Source: an uncultured Clostridia bacterium (lineage in GTDB: Bacteria; Bacillota; Clostridia; Christensenellales; UBA1242). Taken from it: a stretch of 64,000 bases of DNA. Under the pieces are notes generated by a model. The model made no database searches. It saw only the letters and a list, made by a program, of their open reading frames with translations, and was not told the origin of the DNA. Positions 59,599 to 64,000 of this stretch are shown here, one piece after another (positions within the stretch are counted from its first letter, which is position 1; each line of letters starts with the position of its first letter). The DNA lies in the NCBI GenBank assembly GCA_944372505.1, contig CALVZK010000001.1, positions 213,687 through 277,686 of the forward strand, written 5' to 3'. Both the position numbers and the translations under genes were made by a program.

Positions 59599-59963
59599 TT
59601 AATGCAATATTTTTGCAAATTTTGTAAAAAATATTGTAAAATTGATATGATTTTTTTCAAATTTATATGTCTATTATAATGTAAATACTTTAATAATTTT
59701 TTTATAACTATTTTGTCATTTTTTTATAAATTTCTCATTCTTTTATAAAAAAACATTTGCAAATATTCTTTAGTTAATATACAATAATATTGACATAATG
59801 TTAAAAGAATTATTTGTTAAAAATTTATAATTTTTCCCCTCCCCTTTATAGTTTATCTTAACTTCAAATAAACTTACACTTACCTGAAATCGTTTTTATC
59901 GTATAAACTTTTAACTTTAAAAAGATATTCAAGTATTATATATTATTTGCATAAGGAGAATTT

Positions 59964-61277
59964 ATGATATCACCAAAACTTGTAAAACCTCGAATTTTGT
60001 CAGGTTTTATGGAATTAGCACCTTGCAAACAAATCATCTTCAATAAAATGATAGATATAATTACAAAAACTTATGAAAATGCTTGTTTTGTTCCGCTAGA
60101 TACTCCAATCTTAGAATTAAGCGAAATTCTTTTGGCTAAATCTGGAGGTGAAATAGATAAGGAAGTTTATCATTTCAATAAAGGAGATAACGACCTTTGT
60201 ATGAGGTATGACTTAACAGTTCCTCTTGCTAGGCATGTTGCCATGAATAGTGAGGCTATCTCTTTCCCGTTTAAAAGATATCAAATAGGTAAAGCCTATA
60301 GAGGAGAACGTCCTCAAAAAGGTCGTTTTAGAGAATTTGTTCAATGTGACGGAGATATTGTCGGATTAGAGGATTTACCATTAACTGCAGATGCTGAATG
60401 TATTTATATAATTAGCAAAATATTTAAAAATCTAAATTTAGATGTTTTAATCCATATATCTAATAGAAATTTATTATTTGGTTACTGTGAAGATTTAAAT
60501 ATTAAAGATACAAAAAGCGTACTTACTATTTTAGATAAAATTAATAAAATTGGTAAAGATAATGCCAAAAACGAATTGCTAAAATTAAATTTATCTGAAA
60601 CTAATTGTGAAAAACTTTTGTATATTATTTCTCTAAATGGAAACTTTCAAGATACAATAGATAAATTAACACCATTATCACAAAACCAAACTTATATATT
60701 AGGACTCAATCAAATAAAAGAACTTTATAGATATATTAAAGCTTATGAGATAAATGAAGAACAATATTGTTTGGACTTATCAATTATACGTGGACAAGAT
60801 TATTATACAGGAACAGTTTTTGAAACATTTATGAAATCTCATCCTGAATTTGGTTCTATCTGTGGAGGCGGAAGATATGATAATCTTGCTGGTTATTTCA
60901 CTGAAAAGAAAATGCCTGGTGTTGGATTAAGCATTGGGCTTACTAGACTTTTTGATTTACTTGATAAAAATAACTTACTCCCCCCTATCGCCCCAACTAA
61001 TACAAAATTACAAATTATACCTCTTGGCGATTATATAGAAGAATGTTTAAGCTTACAATCGTTCTTTTCACAAAAATTAAATTGTGAAGTTAATTATGAA
61101 AACAGATCATTTAAATCAAAAATGAAAGAAGCAGGCAAAAAACAAATTCCTTATATTTTAATAGTTGGAGAAAATGAGCATAATTCTAAAAAATATACTT
61201 TAAAAAACATGATTACAGGCGAGCAAAATTCTCTAACTAAAGAAGATTGTTTAATACAAATTAAAAATAATTTATAA
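59964..61277 (+). CDS. hisS: histidyl-tRNA synthetase
   Basis: Class II motifs: RYDLTVPLAR, YQIGKAYRGERPQKGRFREFVQCD, GGGRYDNL. Confidence 0.92.
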   Translation: MISPKLVKPRILSGFMELAPCKQIIFNKMIDIITKTYENACFVPLDTPILELSEILLAKSGGEIDKEVYHFNKGDNDLCMRYDLTVPLARHVAMNSEAISFPFKRYQIGKAYRGERPQKGRFREFVQCDGDIVGLEDLPLTADAECIYIISKIFKNLNLDVLIHISNRNLLFGYCEDLNIKDTKSVLTILDKINKIGKDNAKNELLKLNLSETNCEKLLYIISLNGNFQDTIDKLTPLSQNQTYILGLNQIKELYRYIKAYEINEEQYCLDLSIIRGQDYYTGTVFETFMKSHPEFGSICGGGRYDNLAGYFTEKKMPGVGLSIGLTRLFDLLDKNNLLPPIAPTNTKLQIIPLGDYIEECLSLQSFFSQKLNCEVNYENRSFKSKMKEAGKKQIPYILIVGENEHNSKKYTLKNMITGEQNSLTKEDCLIQIKNNL

Positions 61278-61313
61278 AAAAAGCACTCATAGTCTACACA
61301 ATTTGAAACTAGC
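61276..61313. repeat. left arm of imperfect inverted repeat bounding the FtsZ-like cassette
   Basis: AAAAAAAGCACT-14 nt-TTTGAAACTAGC. Both 12-mers recur as exact reverse complements at 63324-63360. Confidence 0.8.
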
Positions 61314-61324
61314 GGAATAATTAA

Positions 61325-61357
61325 CACTTTAATCAACTTTGGTTAAGGTGTTTTTTA
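61325..61357 (+). terminator. rho-independent terminator (likely hisS)
   Basis: CACTTTAATCAA/TTGGTTAAGGTG stem (two G.U pairs) followed by T6. Confidence 0.65.
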
Positions 61358-61485
61358 TTCTCTTAACCGCCACAAAAACAAATATTTCTGCAGTTGTCAA
61401 GGATTGTCGCAAAAGCGACATTTATTTTAACCTTGACAACAAAGAATATTCGTTTACCATAATAAAAAGAGAAGAAAAAAAATAA

Positions 61486-61532
61486 TAAAAAAGCGAAAGT
61501 GTGTTATGCTCTGTCAACACTTTCGCTTTTTG
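61486..61532. terminator. bidirectional rho-independent terminator (ends the minus-strand cassette operon)
   Basis: GCGAAAGTGT-14 nt loop-ACACTTTCGC flanked by an A-run and T5. Confidence 0.75.
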
Positions 61533-61554
61533 CTTTCATTTATTTGGTTGTAGA

Positions 61555-61612
61555 GTGTGCTTGTCTTCGGTGGAGCATTAGCTCTCACCGACTTGTATCA
61601 AGACAAGCACAC
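61555..61612 (-). other. long extended stem-loop in the 3' UTR of the FtsZ-like gene
   Basis: GTGTGCTTGTCT/AGACAAGCACAC (12 bp perfect) extended by TCGGTG/CACCGA and GAG/CTC. No U-run follows. Confidence 0.7.
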
Positions 61613-61630
61613 GTTTAAATGCCAAATCGC

Positions 61631-62362
61631 TTAATTATTGCTAAAATATTCTATAATTGGATTTAAATTATTCTTTTCGTATATAATGTTACATAAATTA
61701 TCATTTTTTAGTGTTTTTAAAATATCCTTCATTGATTTTCCTTCTATTTCCTGTGAATATATATATTTAATTACATTTGTTATGCTTAACCGCAACATTT
61801 CATCCACTTTGGCATAAACTTCAAGTATAGAAATCTTTCTAAGCTCAGGATTTTCAAATATTTTGCCTAGGGAAATCACTGCTAAACCATCAACAACCTT
61901 TTTCAATTGTTCAACGCAATCAACTGCGATTTTACACCTTCTCTTCCCTTCAAAATCAGGAGGACTTGTTGCAAATGCAATAGTAGGGATATGTAATTCT
62001 TTTGCCACCTCACAAACAACTGGTGACGCGCCAGAACCTGTTCCGCCACCAAGACCTGCCACAATAATTAGAAAAGAACAATCTTTTAACGCATCTTTTA
62101 TTTCTTCACAGTCTTCTTCTGCTGCAATTTTTCCAAATTTGGGTAAGCCACCAGAGCCCAACCCTTTGGTTGTCTTTTTACCAATTTTTACAAACCGACT
62201 TGCTTGTTCGAATTGAAAATTCCAACCAACAAACCAATCTGTGTTGATGGCCATATATTCAATATTTAGCGCTTTATTACTTCTCAAATTTTCTGTAATA
62301 TGTACTCCAGCGTCACCAACGCCTACAATTTTAATTTTAAAATTTTTATTTTGTTCTCCCAT
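61631..62362 (-). CDS. FtsZ paralog comprising only the N-terminal GTPase domain (243 aa)
   Basis: IKIVGVGDAGV, YMAINTD, GKKTTKGLGSGG and tubulin signature AGLGGGTGSGASPV align along the whole FtsZ N-domain through helix H7. The protein ends about 40 aa later, without the C-terminal subdomain or tail. Confidence 0.8.
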   Translation of the reverse strand: MGEQNKNFKIKIVGVGDAGVHITENLRSNKALNIEYMAINTDWFVGWNFQFEQASRFVKIGKKTTKGLGSGGLPKFGKIAAEEDCEEIKDALKDCSFLIIVAGLGGGTGSGASPVVCEVAKELHIPTIAFATSPPDFEGKRRCKIAVDCVEQLKKVVDGLAVISLGKIFENPELRKISILEVYAKVDEMLRLSITNVIKYIYSQEIEGKSMKDILKTLKNDNLCNIIYEKNNLNPIIEYFSNN

Positions 62363-62371
62363 TATTAATTC

Positions 62372-62941
62372 TCACAAAATATTTCTTAAAATTCTTGTTA
62401 GCTCGTCTACATACTTATTCTGATTTCCGCATGAAGGGAAGGAAGTATTAAAAGCATTAATATTTTCTGAATAACCACTCTCCAAAATCGCCGCAAAAAC
62501 TTTTTCCATGCAAGTTTTTTTTACGACAATAATATATTTTGGTGATAAAAGTTTAATTTCATTTTTCAAATCTGGTATATATTTATTTATAATTTCCCTT
62601 TTTTTACTCTTGGATTTAATAAAACCTATGGGTTCTTTGCAAACATCATACAGCCAACATTCCATTTCTTTAAATTTTGCAAGTGAAAAATCAATCCCTA
62701 CATTTTCAAAAGATTCTTTTGTATATCTGTATAGATTTGAATTCTTATCATAGAAGAAAGTTCCGCCAGATGGTCTACTTTCTCCAACAAACAAAATTTT
62801 TGTTTTGCTTGGTTTGAAATCATTTCGTTTCTTTTCAAATTTCTCTGATTCAACAATGTTTTTAAACAATAATGAGCTTTGCTCTAATTCTTTTACTCTT
62901 TTTCTTTCTATTTCTAAATCTAATAATTCAATACTTTCCAT
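62372..62941 (-). CDS. uracil-DNA-glycosylase-superfamily-fold protein (tentative) with N-terminal coiled coil
   Basis: ILFVGESRPSGGTFFY (motif A-like GExPG), WLYDVCKEP (like yiTNvvKC.P), LLSPKYIIVV and FPSCGNQ (motif B-like HPS), in the canonical order and spacing. Confidence 0.5.
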   Translation of the reverse strand: MESIELLDLEIERKRVKELEQSSLLFKNIVESEKFEKKRNDFKPSKTKILFVGESRPSGGTFFYDKNSNLYRYTKESFENVGIDFSLAKFKEMECWLYDVCKEPIGFIKSKSKKREIINKYIPDLKNEIKLLSPKYIIVVKKTCMEKVFAAILESGYSENINAFNTSFPSCGNQNKYVDELTRILRNIL

Positions 62942-62979
62942 TTATATCTCCTTTATATTTTACAAAATGCTTATAGATT

Positions 62980-63228
62980 TTAATCAGTCCTTTCAAAATT
63001 TGGATACGACTTCATATAACAACCTTTACCTTTGATAGTAACAATCTCACAACCATACTCACGAAGATAGTTTATATTGCGAGCGATTGTTTTTCTATTA
63101 CACTGTATTCCACAAAATTGACTTATTTGTTTTGCTATTTTTGTTTGATGTAACAAACATTTTTCAGAGCTTCCATATTTCAGTGCATCATAAACGTACA
63201 AAATAATAAGTTTTTTTGTTTTTGTCAT
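62980..63228 (-). CDS. stand-alone winged-HTH protein (HTH_11/YafY N-terminal-like, no WYL domain)
   Basis: LIILYVYDALKYGSSEKCLLHQTKIAKQISQFCGIQCNRKTIARNINYLREYGCEIVTIKGKGCYM. GGGAGG SD. Confidence 0.65.
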   Translation of the reverse strand: MTKTKKLIILYVYDALKYGSSEKCLLHQTKIAKQISQFCGIQCNRKTIARNINYLREYGCEIVTIKGKGCYMKSYPNFERTD

Positions 63229-63251
63229 TTTTATTTTACCTCCCTACTAAT

Positions 63252-63281
63252 ATTATAACATAAAACATGGGTCAAAATCAA
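63252..63281 (-). promoter_or_regulatory. extended -10 promoter of the cassette (TTGATT-18 nt-TGTTATAAT)
   Basis: On the minus strand: TTGATT (rc of 63276-63281), then TGnTATAAT (rc of 63252-63260), about 20 nt before the SD. Confidence 0.55.
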
Positions 63282-63293
63282 ACCATATAAAAA

Positions 63294-63323
63294 ATCTAAA
63301 CATATTTTAGTTTAGATCTTTTT
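63294..63323. terminator. insulating hairpin / bidirectional terminator at the upstream edge of the cassette
   Basis: ATCTAAAC-atatttta-GTTTAGAT flanked by A5 and cT5. Confidence 0.55.
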
Positions 63324-63360
63324 GCTAGTTTCAAAAAAGTTTACCCATAGTGCTTTTTTT
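63324..63360. repeat. right arm of imperfect inverted repeat bounding the FtsZ-like cassette
   Basis: GCTAGTTTCAAA-13 nt-AGTGCTTTTTTT, the reverse complement of the left-arm blocks. Confidence 0.8.
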
Positions 63361-63383
63361 ATTTTTTTCTTTTTTAAAAAAAT

Positions 63384-63412
63384 TTGAAATATTTATTATT
63401 TAAGTTTATACT
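63384..63412 (+). promoter_or_regulatory. putative uvrC promoter TTGAAA-17 nt-TATACT
   Basis: Good -35/-10 spacing. The -10 ends only 6 nt before the uvrC ATG, and no SD is present. Confidence 0.5.
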
Positions 63413-63418
63413 ATTTAT

Positions 63419-64000
63419 ATGAATGATAGAATTAAATCTAAATTAAAAAATCTTACAACTAAACCTGGCGTTTATGTGATGAAAGATAAAGATAATATTG
63501 TGATCTATGTTGGTAAGGCTAAAAACTTAAAAAATAGAGTTAGTCAATATTTTCATTCTTCAAATAAACCAATCAAAGTCCAAACCATGGTTGACAATAT
63601 TTATGACTTTGATTATTTTATAACTATGAGCGAGATGGATGCTCTTGCACTAGAAAATAATTTAATAAAAAAGTTTCAGCCTTTTTATAATATTTTATTA
63701 AAAGATGGCAAACAATTTCCTTATATTAAAATTAACATAAAAGAACCTTTTCCTAAAGTAGAAATAACACGAAAGGTTAAAAAAGATGGTGCAAAGTATT
63801 TTGGCCCATATTTTGCCGGACTCGATGCACGAGAAATTGTAAAAACTATCACAATGGCTTTTAAATTAAGAACTTGTAATTTAAAAATAACTGAAACTTC
63901 TATAGCAAAAAGAGAATGTCTTAATTATTCTTTGGGTCTTTGTTCAGCTCCTTGCACAAAAAAAATTGATAAAGAACACTATTTTATTGAGTTAAATAAG
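63419..64000 (+). CDS. uvrC: excinuclease ABC subunit C, N-terminal part (runs off window)
   Basis: GIY-YIG N-terminus KPGVYVMKDKDNIVIYVGKAKNLKNRVSQYF. The frame stays open to the window end. Confidence 0.9.
   Translation, partial: MNDRIKSKLKNLTTKPGVYVMKDKDNIVIYVGKAKNLKNRVSQYFHSSNKPIKVQTMVDNIYDFDYFITMSEMDALALENNLIKKFQPFYNILLKDGKQFPYIKINIKEPFPKVEITRKVKKDGAKYFGPYFAGLDAREIVKTITMAFKLRTCNLKITETSIAKRECLNYSLGLCSAPCTKKIDKEHYFIELNK

Noticed and set aside
59700-59963. Looked for a T-box leader upstream of hisS (and for one before glnS), since Firmicutes aminoacyl-tRNA synthetase genes often have them.
   Set aside because: No T-box consensus (AATTAGGGTGGTACCGCG-like), no specifier-loop or terminator architecture is visible. 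The region is simply AT-rich. glnS follows sigH by 12 nt with no leader.
59320-59963. Calling this region oriC outright.
   Set aside because: Only four boxes in two duplicated 20-mers are seen. dnaA/dnaN are not in the window, and strand skew cannot be computed reliably by eye. I report it as a DnaA-box cluster only.

Overview
This is a 64 kb AT-rich Firmicutes-type chromosome segment using the standard genetic code (TGA serves as a stop). sigH and a BclA-like collagen protein suggest a spore-forming lineage. The housekeeping backbone includes hup, lepB, queH, ppa, rplA-rplK-nusG-secE-rpmG, secA, ychF, mrnC-rlmB-sigH and glnS. It also includes an ABC exporter, gyrB/gyrA, helD, hisS, uvrC, tRNA-Ser(CGA) and an initiator-type tRNA-Met. 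The backbone is interrupted by several accessory modules.

(1) A type II R-M pair (PD-ExK nuclease plus an HTH-fused C5-methyltransferase) lies beside tRNA-Ser and is bracketed by a 17-bp direct repeat.
(2) A roughly 4.7 kb islet carrying a large serine recombinase abuts the 3' end of tRNA-fMet.
(3) A surface or spore-coat-like cluster holds a Cys-rich peptide, two paralogous hairpin membrane proteins, a collagen-like protein, a GT2-TPR glycosyltransferase and a 2767-aa anchored giant protein.
(4) Two orphan giant ORFs (745 and 1750 aa) sit between secA and ychF.
(5) A three-gene cassette between hisS and uvrC is the best candidate for an undescribed system. It encodes a stand-alone wHTH, a UDG-fold protein and an FtsZ GTPase-domain-only paralog. 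It is bounded by imperfect inverted repeats, has its own promoter and terminators, and is followed by an unusually structured non-coding tail.

All function calls rest on motif recognition by eye; no database search was possible.
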